A DNA stretch of 23,491 bases. It comes from Salpingoeca rosetta. Taxonomy: Eukaryota > Protista > Choanoflagellata. Positions 1 to 17,420 of this stretch are shown in pieces. The notes beneath the pieces were generated by a model. The model saw only the letters and a program-made list of their open reading frames with translations, ran no database searches and had not been told where the DNA came from. The position numbers and the translations under genes were made by a program. Each line of letters opens with the position of its first letter. The stretch's first letter is position 1. The DNA is taken from NCBI GenBank assembly GCA_033442325.1, contig JAWQFM010000014.1, positions 1 through 23,491 of the forward strand. Direction: 5' to 3'.

Positions 1-1055
1 TTTGTTCATAATCCTCCTTGGCTGGTTGGTTGCAGTAAATTTCCAGGTTAAGTCCCCCCCATTACCCGGCGCGCGGCCCCTCACACTCAATCCTGTAAGA
101 AGAGGGTACACAGACCCAAGATGCGAGGAATCTAGTGCATGGCCTTCTCACCGTCGCGTCTTCACACTCACTCTAACCTTATTTCTGTTCCTGCGGTGAC
201 TTTTTGCTTCCCAGGTACTCACACACACACACACCTACACACACACTCACACACACACATGCTCACCTCCTCATCAGAGCGAGTGACATGTGCAATGTCT
301 GCCTCACGCCAGATTGGAGCTGGTGTCGGCCGGAGTGTGATGGCGGCTGTGCGGTCGATGGCAATGGAGATGACGATGACAGCGGAGCTTAGGTGGAAGA
401 GGAGAGAAAGGAGAGCGAAATGGGGAAGGTTGATGATGATGATGATGATGATGATGTGTCGTTCATGGCGGCTTTCTTCCCCCTCCTCTGATGTGGCCCT
501 GGTGCCCATGCAACCAACATACAACGACAAGACACAACGATATCATCACACACAAGACACAGGCATGGCATGTGAGCACAGCAGGCGTATTCACCTTCCT
601 GACCCTCCTCTGCTTTCCTCCTCCTCCTCCTCACACACACACACACGCACACACACACACACACACATCTGCGACTGACTGCGTCGCTGTGATAGGATGT
701 GGCCACCATGACCATGGACGTGTGTGTGTGTCCACAGCTGCTCCTCCCATTCCATCACGTGTGCACCGCCCATCATCTTCCAACGATCCTCAGGCAGTCG
801 CCCCCCCTGCATACACATACACACACATGGCATGTGAGCGGCGCAGCTACGCTGATACACCAGGCACAGCAGCAGCAGTAACAGCAACACATCCACCATG
901 TGCCAACCAAAGCATGCATGATGGGCTCACCTCGCTCACATATGGGAACACTGCATGAACACAGCAGCGACAGCCGAATCACGGTGGTTGCAGCTGCAGC
1001 AGCCGGCATGCGAGCCCGCTTCCAAGTGATGTGTGCTGGTACCTCACCACCTGTG

Positions 1056-1090
<35 letters not shown>

Positions 1091-3884
1091 TTGCAGGGAA
1101 CGTGGATGGGAACAGAACACAACAGGAACAGAGCAAGCCATCACGTCAGCACAGCAGAAGAAGTGATTGACATCGCACGCACCACGTGTGCGTGTGTTAG
1201 TGTATGTGACCATCATCCCCCATCAACCCCTCTTCCCTTGTTCACTTCACCACATCCCATCACCACCACAGCCCAATCACTCATCACACACCCAACCAAA
1301 CACCGATCCCCACCCACATACCATGTGTGAGGCGAGTGCAACTGGCACGCGTGGCAAGTAGCCTCGACATTTCCCTCATCCTGTTGCCTGTGCGTGCGCA
1401 TCGCCTGCAAGTGTGTTTGTGTGCGAGCACCAGCATGGTGAGTGAGTGGGAGAGAAGAGGGAGCATGGGTAGGTGCGCAGTCACACTGCTGCTGATGCCA
1501 CTGCTGGTGTTGTGCATGCATGTGTGTGAAGAAGAAAGAGTAGAGAGAGAAAACAGAAAACAGAAGGGAAGGAACAAGACATGCTGCACCCCATCCATTC
1601 CATCCATCCCTCTTCCTCACACCACCACACACCACCGTCCTCTGTCACCAGCCAGCCAGCCACACCACACCACACGACACTCACCCAACATCCCCCACCC
1701 CACCTCATCCATCCATCCAACCAGCCAACAAACATCTCCTCTCCGTTTCCCCTCTTCTTCACGCCCTCACCTGCTGCTGCTGCTGCTTCCAGCCGAAAAT
1801 GCAACTTGTGCTGTCGCCACCTGTTCCCAGCTGCAAACAGCCAGCCAGCCAGCTTCCGCCAGCAGCAGTGGGCGATGGGTTGGTTGGTTGGTTGGTTGGC
1901 TGGGGAATGTGTTCAGCAGCAAGTGGTGGTGGTGGTGCATTCTCTGCTGCTGCTGCATCGGCGGTGGAGGGTGTGTTGGCTGCTGCTGCTGCTGTTGTTG
2001 TTGTGATGGCCGTCAGGGGAGGGCGAGAAAGAGAGGGGAATTTAAGCAGCGGCTGCAAGGTGGAGAATGTGCAGGTGTGCAGGTGGTTGTGTGTGAGAAC
2101 GACGAATGAGACAACGCATCAAGCAAGGCAAAACAGGCAGCCGCACCACACACATGCATGCACATTGATGTGGGACAACAAGGGGAGACAGGAGCAGCAG
2201 AGACAGCGACCACAAAACACGCACGCTGGCGCTGTGCTCGTCACACACGTGCAATGATGCACTCACGTTGCTCATCGCTTGCTCGCTTTGTGGTGTGTGT
2301 TGGTGTTGCTGCTTCCACAGCCGCATTAGCGTGGCTGAATGGTCATTACATGGCAGCGTCCGTCTGTTCATCCCACCACAACAGCTGCTGGCTCAAGGGC
2401 CCTCTGTGTGGCGACAGCAGAAAGAAGGAAGGGGGAAACAAACGAGGAAGGTGGTATTGGTGGTGGTGTTGGGTGAAGGAGGGAAGGATGTCAGCAAACA
2501 CACATGAGAAAATGAGGAGGCGGTGATGATGGCGTGTGGGTGGGTGGAGAAGAGAACACGCACGTTGAGACACACATGCACACTTGTCTGGGTGATGCAG
2601 TGGTTCGATTACCATTCATCCATCAGCATGCAGTCATTTGTTGGTTGGTTGGTGGGAGCTGCCCACTGCCTCACGCATCAGCCAGCACCTGCTGTTGCTG
2701 CTGCTGATGATGATGATGGAATACATCTATTTGCACGCACCACCACAAACAAGCAACAACAGCAGCAGCAGCAGTGAGCAGCGTGTCACAGACAGACAGA
2801 GCAGAGAGGAAGGAGGATGAGAAGAAACACAACACCGTGCACACACACACACACATACACATTGGCTGTGATGCTGGTGAATGTCATTTCCCCCGCCCTC
2901 TCTCATGTGTGTGCTGCTCACTGGTTGAGAGGTTGCATGATCCATTCTCAGGGCCGCCGCTGCATGACGGTGGCTGATAGCAGTTCTTCTGTCACCACAC
3001 AACGGTGAGCAAGTGTGTGTGAGTGTGCATTTGTGAGCGCCACATGCAGTAGTGAGTTGGTTGTGATTCACCCACCCATGCATGGATGGATGGATTGATG
3101 GTGGTCCACATGTGTGTGTGTGCACGATGACAGCGTACGCTGTGTTGGTGTTGTTGTTGATGGTGGTGGTGGTGGTTGTTGTTGTTGTGCGCAGTGTGCA
3201 AGGGGAAGAAGGGGAAGGGGAGGAGCACGAAGTGGGTGGAAGGAGTGAGTGCACTCAATCTCACCCTCACCTGTCGATGGATGGGTCATTCATGTGGTCG
3301 TTGGTTGGTTGGTTGGTTGGTTGTGCGTGGTTCATCACAGGAGAAGAAAATGGACAACGATGGAAGGATGGATGGAAGGAAGGAAGGGGAGAGAAGGGGA
3401 GAGAGACGGTGCGCACACCCTCCCTGCACATGTGTGCGTGTGCGTGCGTGTGTTTGAATGCGTCAGCGAGAAGGACGACGAAGGGAAGGAAGGAAGAGAA
3501 GAGAAGGAAGGAAGGAAGGAACGTGGCACGCACAACCACCAATGTGTGTGTGTGTGTGTGTGTGTGCACGAACCAATGACACGTTCCCACCTCCTCACCT
3601 CACATCACCTCACCTCTCCTTCATCTCACTTCACCTCAACTCATCTCACCTGCCTGTCAGCAGCGACGACGACCATGATCACCATCACCATTCCCACCAC
3701 CAGCACCACGCACACACACAGCTGCTGCGCAGAAGAAGAATGAAGCAAGCAACGGCAAGTGGATTGGTTGGTTGGTTGGAAAGCAGAATCGGTTGTTTGC
3801 TCGTTTCTGTCTGCTTGCTGGTTTTTTGGTGTGTGTGGGATTTTCCTCTTCCTCTTCCTCTTCTTTGCTTGCTGGCTCTGCGTT

Positions 3885-3892
3885 GATAAATT
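3885..3892 (+). promoter_or_regulatory. TATA-like element about 28 nt upstream of 5S
   Basis: GATAAATT is an AT-rich motif at the position typical of Pol III upstream elements. Confidence 0.35.
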
Positions 3893-3912
3893 GCTTGTCT
3901 TGCTCCACTGTC

Positions 3913-4031
3913 GGCAACGTTCATACCAACGGGATCACGCCCGCTCTCGTCCGATCGCGGAAGCTAAGCCCGTTTGGGCCCGTTCAGTACTGCCGTGGGT
4001 GACCAGGCGGGAATCACGGGTGATGTTGCTC
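3913..4031 (+). rRNA. 5S ribosomal RNA gene (single dispersed copy)
   Basis: GGCAACGTTCATACC...CTCGTCCGATCGCGGAAGCTAAGC...AGTACT...GGGTGACC...GGGAATCACGGGTGATGTTGCT aligns by eye with the eukaryotic 5S consensus over ~119 nt. Helix I ends pair (GGCAAC/GTTGCT), and box A/box C-like internal promoter elements are present. Confidence 0.96.
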
Positions 4032-4040
4032 TCCCTTCCA

Positions 4041-4049
4041 TTTTTTTTT
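4041..4049 (+). terminator. Pol III oligo-T terminator of the 5S gene
   Basis: T9 run about 10 nt downstream of the 5S 3' end. Confidence 0.75.
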
Positions 4050-4418
4050 CTCTCTCTCTCTCCATGTGGCTGGCTGCTGTGGCGCTTGCTGTCTCTCCTT
4101 CACTTCCCTCTTCTCCCTTCTCTTGTTGCTTTGGCTTGGTTCGGTTTACCTCTTCTTCTTCTTCTTCCTTGCTTGCTGGCATGCTTGCTTCCACTTCGTG
4201 GGGTGAAGAGGTGGTGGCGTGTGTTGGCTCATCTCCCCTCCCTCTTGTTGCTCTCTTGTTGCTTGTCTTCAGCGTTGCTTTGCTTCACACACACACACAC
4301 ACACACTGCCTGGCTGACGTTGTGTCATCTCAACGCGTTTACTTCGACGCACACACACACACACACACATGTTCGACGCGCGCGTGTAACAGGCGAATAC
4401 GTCCTCGCCAATCACCGT

Positions 4419-4703
4419 CTACTTGTGGGCTGCGCCTTCTTTCTTCTTCAGCTTGTTGGTCAACTTCTCATTGCGCACCATTTCCTGCAAGACGCAATGG
4501 GGCAGCGCGTTGGCGATGGAGGTGACCAAGGTGAGGGGTCATGTTGTTTCGCTTCGCATCAACATGCAACAAACCCGTGCTCGGTACGATGAAACATGCA
4601 CTTGCAGGGTGTGTACATATGGGAGTGGTGTGCACCTGCTCGTAATCGCGCACGGTCTTGTAGTACAAGCGTTCCTTGTCCACGAGTCGAAGATATTGCT
4701 CCC

Positions 4704-4781
<78 letters not shown>

Positions 4782-5778
4782 ATGAGCTCCAAGAGCGTGG
4801 AAGAGTTTTGGGTATGAGATGGCATACATCAAACATCGCAACACCCTGACATCTGAAATACCTAAGGGCGTCGCGTTGCTCCTGCTCTCGTGCATGCTTA
4901 GCATCTGCCTTCTGCTTGCTCATCTTGATGCCGCCAACAATGTCTTCCAGCTGGTCCACAAACAGATCACCAGCAGCTGTACGTACACATCAACCACAGG
5001 GATGCGTTAGACCACAGTGCACACACACACACACACACAGAGGCGCGTGGTATTGCAGCAGCAAATGCACGGCGACAACACAGCAACATGTGTTGGGCCA
5101 CGCGTACCTGCTGATTTGAGAGCCTTTGGGAAGTTGGTGTGAATGGACGTGAGCAAGCCCTGCTCCTTGTTGTAGTATGTCTCGACATCCCGCAGCGTGT
5201 TGTACAATGTGATGTACTGCTTGGTCTCCCTGTGCTTGGCGTTGACTGTGGCATCAAGATCATGCCCACAGGCAGCTCGTAAGTCTTCAACACGCATGCA
5301 CAGCAACACAAAGCCACGAGACAGTGATACACCTAGCTCTACAACCCAACACACGCACACACACACAACAAGCAATTGCACACGCACCCGCACACGCACG
5401 CTGCGGATCGCACCTTGTTCGTAGAGCTCTGCAAAGCGGCGCTGGTACTGCGTTAACTCCGCGCGGCTCGGGATTTCGTCAATCTTGCGGTGGACGAGAG
5501 CAATTTGGCGCGTGCGCTTGGCAGCAGCAACCTGAACACCATCGCAGGCAAGGGGCAGATGAGCATACATGGACAACGGGAGACAGCAGTGCAGCGTTTA
5601 ACACACACGCATGACATTGGTAACAGCCCACGGACCTTGACTTTCTCAAGCTTCTTCAGTTCCTGTTGGTACTGTTCCGAAATGGTCTGCAATCCCATGC
5701 AGCAAGCATGCGCATCAATGAGCTCAGCTCAACCATCACGAAGCACACGCACACGTACATACAAACAAACAAACGCAC

Positions 5779-5809
<31 letters not shown>

Positions 5810-6526
5810 AGAATCACACAATACGGCTGCAAACATAATTGAGCACGCGTGCGGTTTGGACAATTACTCACGGAAGCGTCGTGGGCGTCCATGACGCGCA
5901 CGCCCTGTGCCTTGAGCTCCTCAATCTTTGCCTCCAATGTCTCCATCTCGCCCTTGCATGTTCCCTGCCAAACACACACACACACATGCACACACACGCA
6001 CACACACACGAGTATGCGGACAGCATTAGTCTGCGCAGTAGGCCTACGAACAAACAACTGCCAGTGCACAACGACGCAGTGCATTCGCACCTTGAAGTCC
6101 TTTTCTTGCTGCTTCAGCGAATCGAACAATCTCAGCAGATGGCTCAGCTTGGCAATGAGCGGCTGGTGCAATCACGTGCACACGCAGGCAAGTCAGAGAA
6201 TACACGTGCGTGAGTACGTGTGCGCGCTTGGTGTGCGAATGTGGATCAAAGTATGCAATCACGCATGCCTCGTTGCGCTCGTTTGTCTCGGCGTGTGCCT
6301 GTGCAATATGCAGCACCACGTTGGCTTCAGGCCTCAGTCATGCCGACACCTTGTTGCTCTCGTCGCCTTCCAGCGCGTCCAGCCGCTGCGTCTCCGCTTC
6401 GAGCGCATCCCGCGCCGCCCGCGCCTGGATGGTCAAAGGCACAAATTCACACACACACACACACATACGCGACACGTCAACGCTGCACGATACAAACGCA
6501 AAGCAAGCATGCAAAAATAAACATGT

Positions 6527-6607
<81 letters not shown>

Positions 6608-7533
6608 CAGACCTCATCAAACGCCGCCTGGTGTTGTGCGAGGGCGTGCTCGGCTGCGTCGGCGGCAGTGGTCTCCTGCTCAATCTTCTTTGCCAGCTGC
6701 GACCGCTGCCTGTTGAGGGCGTCGAGTGCTCGCTGGTGCGCAGCGGTCCCACCGGTCCGCGCATTCTCCGCCGCCGCCATCTCCGCCGCGTGGGCGCGGT
6801 AGTCCTCAGACTGCACACGTGCAGTCAACGACACAACGGACATGATGTTAGCAGGCGCGGGCACGCGTTGATGATGCGTGTGTGTGCGTGCGTGTGCGTG
6901 TGTGTGCGTGCGTGCGTGCGTGTGTGTGTGTGTGCGCGCGTGTGTGTATGTGTGTTGGCGAGTGCAAACATGGTGCTCATGGGAAGACTGAAACAAGACG
7001 GAAGTCGTGGACGAACCAGTTGAGCAATTTCTGCAGAGTGTGCGCCCATCATGGACCCGAGCGCTGTTGATGACACGGTGCCCTCCTGAGCAATGAGCAC
7101 AAGCAGCAGTTGAGTGAGGGTTAAGAAGGGGACAGGGACAACGTCACCGTCGAGACGCACAGCGATGCTACTGCACAACAACAAGCAAACAAGAAGACAC
7201 AAAACACGCAAAAAAAAAAAAGAACACATACACACTCACAAACACATCCGCATACACACATATACACAAGACACACGTAAGCTAACATGAGCGAACAAGC
7301 AATGTGCCAGCTAGCGGCGTTATTACCGTCGCGTCTGCCATTGAGCTCATGAGTTTCTTGATGTGCTCCTCCTGCTGTTTCGTCGCGTCCTCCTCGTCGG
7401 GCTGGTCGGGCGTCAGCGCCTTGGCCACCGCCGCGCTCTTGTCCGCTTTGGACGACTTGCCTGCCGCCGCGCGGCTCAACCCATAGCGCCTGGCACCCGC
7501 ACAGCAGAGGAAAGACAGGATGCGTATGCGCGC

Positions 7534-7580
<47 letters not shown>

Positions 7581-7819
7581 TGCTGTTGTTAGTGATGTCA
7601 TGACGCAAGCGAGCACTGCAAACGATTGCGATGGCCTTGTTTGGTCAGGCACCACACACAACACCAGCAACAAAAGCAACAGCAAGTTAACAACACCGAC
7701 ACACCTTCCATATTCAAGGAGCGTGGACTGCACGCGCGTGTGTCGATCCACTGCTGTCCGCTCTGGCGCTTTGAACTGGCGCCGCGGCTGGTACGACGAC
7801 TGCATGGCGTGCCATGAAA

Positions 7820-7894
<75 letters not shown>

Positions 7895-8585
7895 ATGCAA
7901 CTCTCATGCGCGTTCTGCCGCCACCCACACCGCCGTTGTTTGCAGCGCCGGCACATGCATGAAACCGCTGTGCACCTGTGCCATCTTTGTTGATGCCGCC
8001 GCTTGGTCCTGCCGCTGCACGAACGCTTCCTCCTGGCGCCCGTACGCAACCGCGCCAATTCAAGCATCCGTGAGCATGAGCAGTAAAAGGGCGCACAACA
8101 ACATAGTCGAGCGCAGGAGACGGTAGATTCATGCACACACACACGCACACACCTCTGGTGTCTGGTTGTCCTTGTGGAAGTGGAAGAGAGCGCGCTGGCG
8201 AATGAGATTCGCTCGCTCCTCACGCGTGGAGATGGCCTTCTTCACCAACCACTGCATTCACGCGCAAAACGAAGACAAAACCGTCAAAAGAGCATGCACA
8301 GACGGACGCAGACACAGACACACACACAGACACACACACAGACGGCCGCACGACGCCACCGCAGTTGTCATTTCGTACCTGAACGACGGGAAAGATGCCC
8401 TTGAAGTCAAGACCTTGAATCTGATGCGGCTCAAGACGATGGGGGCACTTCATGCGTGGCAGGGCTGCCACAATCTTCTCAGTCAAAGCACTGGAGCCAA
8501 AACAGATGACGGTGTTGATGACCACATGATCCAATGCGGAACGAGAGCGCAAGTCGCACACACACACACACACACGCACACACAC

Positions 8586-8646
<61 letters not shown>

Positions 8647-9140
8647 CGCATGCACACGCACGCACGCACACACACACACACGCGCGCGCGCGCAGTGTCC
8701 TCTTGTTCTCGCCCAACGAACATCTTTTGGCCGATGGTGCTGTTCTCCTGAAAAAGCAGATCTGCATCCACGTCGATGTTACTGGCTGTGATGCACCACG
8801 TCATGCCGCCAACAACCTGTGCACACACGCGCACACATGCGACAGTCAGCAGCAATGACAGGACTGACATCAGAATGCCTGCAACAGTCAACAAGCCCGA
8901 AAAATTGATTGACCGCACACTGCTGCCAACCCTCGTTTCGCTGACCGCGAGAGTTGATGCTTACTTTGTCAAAGTCACTGAGACCCTTGATGCGCGCGCG
9001 AAAGTAGCCGGCAGCCAGGAGCAGGTCGATGATTTCCTGCTGCTTGAGGCCTTGTTCCTCATCTGCTCGCACATCAAACTACACACCAGCAGGGACATCG
9101 GTGTAAGTCCAAGTACGCCGACTTGCACAAAGTTGGTTGT

Positions 9141-9223
<83 letters not shown>

Positions 9224-9524
9224 GCACGCACGCACGCACGCACACGCACGCACGCACGCACACACACACAGTCGCGCGCACTCACAGTCGCACGCACACA
9301 TACACACACACACAGTCGCACGCACTCACACACACACAGACACACACAGACACACAGACACACACACAGACACACACACACGCCCACAGTCGCACACACA
9401 ACAACACACAACAACACACACACGCACGTCGTATGCCCGCTCAGCATTGACATACCGCGACTTCGTTGCCTTCAGCGTCAAAGGCCTTGGCCTTGACCTG
9501 TCGCTTCACTCGCTCAAACACCAT
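4419..9524 (-). CDS. CCDC93: Coiled-coil domain-containing protein 93 (CCC/Commander complex subunit), 20 exons
   Basis: Hand-spliced GT-AG exons give [23 protein letters not shown](9524-9456)|[38 protein letters not shown](9078-8965)|[32 protein letters not shown]|[37 protein letters not shown]|WLVKKAI... and later [49 protein letters not shown]|EMVRNEKL...HK* (4484-4419). These closely match recalled animal CCDC93 motifs, and intron phases are consistent throughout. Confidence 0.96.
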
Positions 9525-9672
9525 GGTGGGTTGGCTGGCTGCTTTCTTTGTGTTTGGATTTGGAGGCAGTGGTTGTGGAAATTTATGGAAAGGTTTTCAC
9601 TAAAAGGCAACAACGCCAGGCGAAGGAAAGAAAGGGTACACACTCTTTCGCACACACACACACACACACACA

Positions 9673-9673
<1 letters not shown>

Positions 9674-9719
<46 letters not shown>
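9674..9719. repeat. (CT)n microsatellite flanked by (CA)n in the TRAPPC3-CCDC93 intergenic region
   Basis: Direct observation. Confidence 0.9.
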
Positions 9720-9723
<4 letters not shown>

Positions 9724-9793
9724 TCTTTTTCTCACACAGACAAACACACACACACACACACACAGCGTGTGAGTAGTGGTGACGGCGGGTGGT

Positions 9794-11512
<1,719 letters not shown>

Positions 11513-11790
11513 CGTCGTCCGTGTCGTTCCGTGGCTGTGTTGTCGAATATTTGCAACAATGTTCACCAATCGCCACAACTTGCCAGCCCCTTGTTTTGGT
11601 TCTTCTGGCTGGTGGCTGTCTGACTGCTGCTAACGCATCATCACCAAACAACACCACCTTTCCCTCCTCACTCACTCACACGCACCCCACCCTTTCGCTC
11701 CTCCACTCACCCACCCCTTCTTATTCATCAGCCACACGCACCCCACCGCCCTCTCTCCCTCTCTCGAGCCCAAACTAACGACAAGGCACC
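11513..11790. promoter_or_regulatory. Probable bidirectional promoter between TRAPPC3 and the SNX14-like gene
   Basis: Only 278 bp separate two divergent start codons. Confidence 0.6.
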
Positions 11791-16051
<4,261 letters not shown>

Positions 16052-16056
16052 GTGCG

Positions 16057-16112
<56 letters not shown>

Positions 16113-16208
16113 GTGTGTGTGCCTGCGTGCTATACCTCCCCGTTTCTTGCACACCCCCACCCCCACACACGCACACACACACACACACACACTCCGCGCG
16201 CCTCTTGT

Positions 16209-16240
16209 GGGGGGGGGGGGGGGGGGGGGGGGCGTGTATG

Positions 16241-16283
<43 letters not shown>

Positions 16284-16340
16284 ATATATATATATATATA
16301 TGTATATATCTATATATATATATATATCTATATATATATA

Positions 16341-16431
<91 letters not shown>

Positions 16432-16510
16432 GTATATATTTTATATATATATATATATGTGTGTATGGTATATATGTATATATACATATATATATATATG
16501 TATATATGTT

Positions 16511-16591
<81 letters not shown>

Positions 16592-16626
16592 CAATATAGC
16601 TATATAGACATATGTATATATATATA
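16209..16626. repeat. G24 homopolymer followed by ~390 bp imperfect (TA)n
   Basis: Direct observation; the only long TA tract in the window. Confidence 0.95.
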
Positions 16627-16820
16627 GCTCAAAGGAGCGGTAGCTCAAATGAGCGGTTGCTCAAATGAGAGGCTGCTAAAATGAGCAAACGCTCAAATGA
16701 GCAGATGCTCAAATGAGTAAATACGTCAAAATATCCTGCTGCTCAAATGAGCAAGATTGCACAAAATAATCCACTGCTCAAATGAGCAAACGCTCAAAAT
16801 ACCCCCCTGCTCAAATGAGC
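16627..16820. repeat. Array of ~12 units of near-palindromic GCTCAAATGAGC with 16-18 bp period
   Basis: Copies at 16627, 16643, 16659, 16675, 16691, 16707, 16741, 16776 and 16809, with variant (GC)TCAAAATA units at ~16724, 16759 and 16792. Confidence 0.9.
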
Positions 16821-17420
16821 CAGGGCTACATCAATTAAGCTCTCTTCTCATACACCGCTACACAACAACCTCCATCAATTCACTATAGAAACACCTGACC
16901 CACACACTCCCACACCCATTCCCCGACAGCACTTCATACACACACATTCACACTACACCAACCCTGCAAAAGACCCTCTTTGCCTCACATGAAAAAAGAA
17001 AAAAAAACATCCCCCCTTATTGAAAATGAGAACGCTGGCATGCCCCCTTGTTTCAAATGAGGGTGCCAGCATTCCCCCGTACCGCTACCGCAACGCCAAC
17101 ATATCCTCACATAAGCCGTCAATTCCCACATGAGCCGTCAATTCCCACATGAGCCGTTCCCCACCGTGTATGCGATGTGTGTAATGCATAGAAAGAAACA
17201 ATAACAGTGTATGGTAGCAATACAATAACACCCACCCCTCCACGGATCCCACTATCAAAAAGAAACAACAGCATCTTCGACGAATAGCACTGGTCCCTTC
17301 GATGACGCCCTTCCATTGCCACAATGCCCCCACAATGCCCCCACAAGTAGTGACCAAATTATTCCAACCCATTGTAACCCACCAAACCCGCACCCACAAT
17401 ACCGGCCCCTTGCATAGAAA

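Noticed and set aside
7-19. Shine-Dalgarno-like AAGGAGG before ATG on the minus strand
   Set aside because: Spacing is only 3 nt and the context is eukaryotic.
45-210. RNase MRP/U1-like motifs on the minus strand and a telomerase-template-like CTAACC
   Set aside because: Only short imperfect matches with no supporting structure.
2590-2622. tRNA T-loop/B-box-like GGTTCGATT hairpin
   Set aside because: No D arm, anticodon arm or acceptor stem.
6255-6270. GC-AG intron in CCDC93
   Set aside because: An in-phase canonical GTGATT donor lies 6 nt further on.
16627-16820. CRISPR-like repeat-spacer array
   Set aside because: Repeats are 12 bp and spacers about 4 bp, with no cas genes and a eukaryotic context.
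17085-17420. R2 HDV-like ribozyme, group I intron or coding ORF after the 28S break
   Set aside because: No recognisable ribozyme or P7 core motifs by eye, the 28S does not resume, and the ORFs lack RT or endonuclease motifs.
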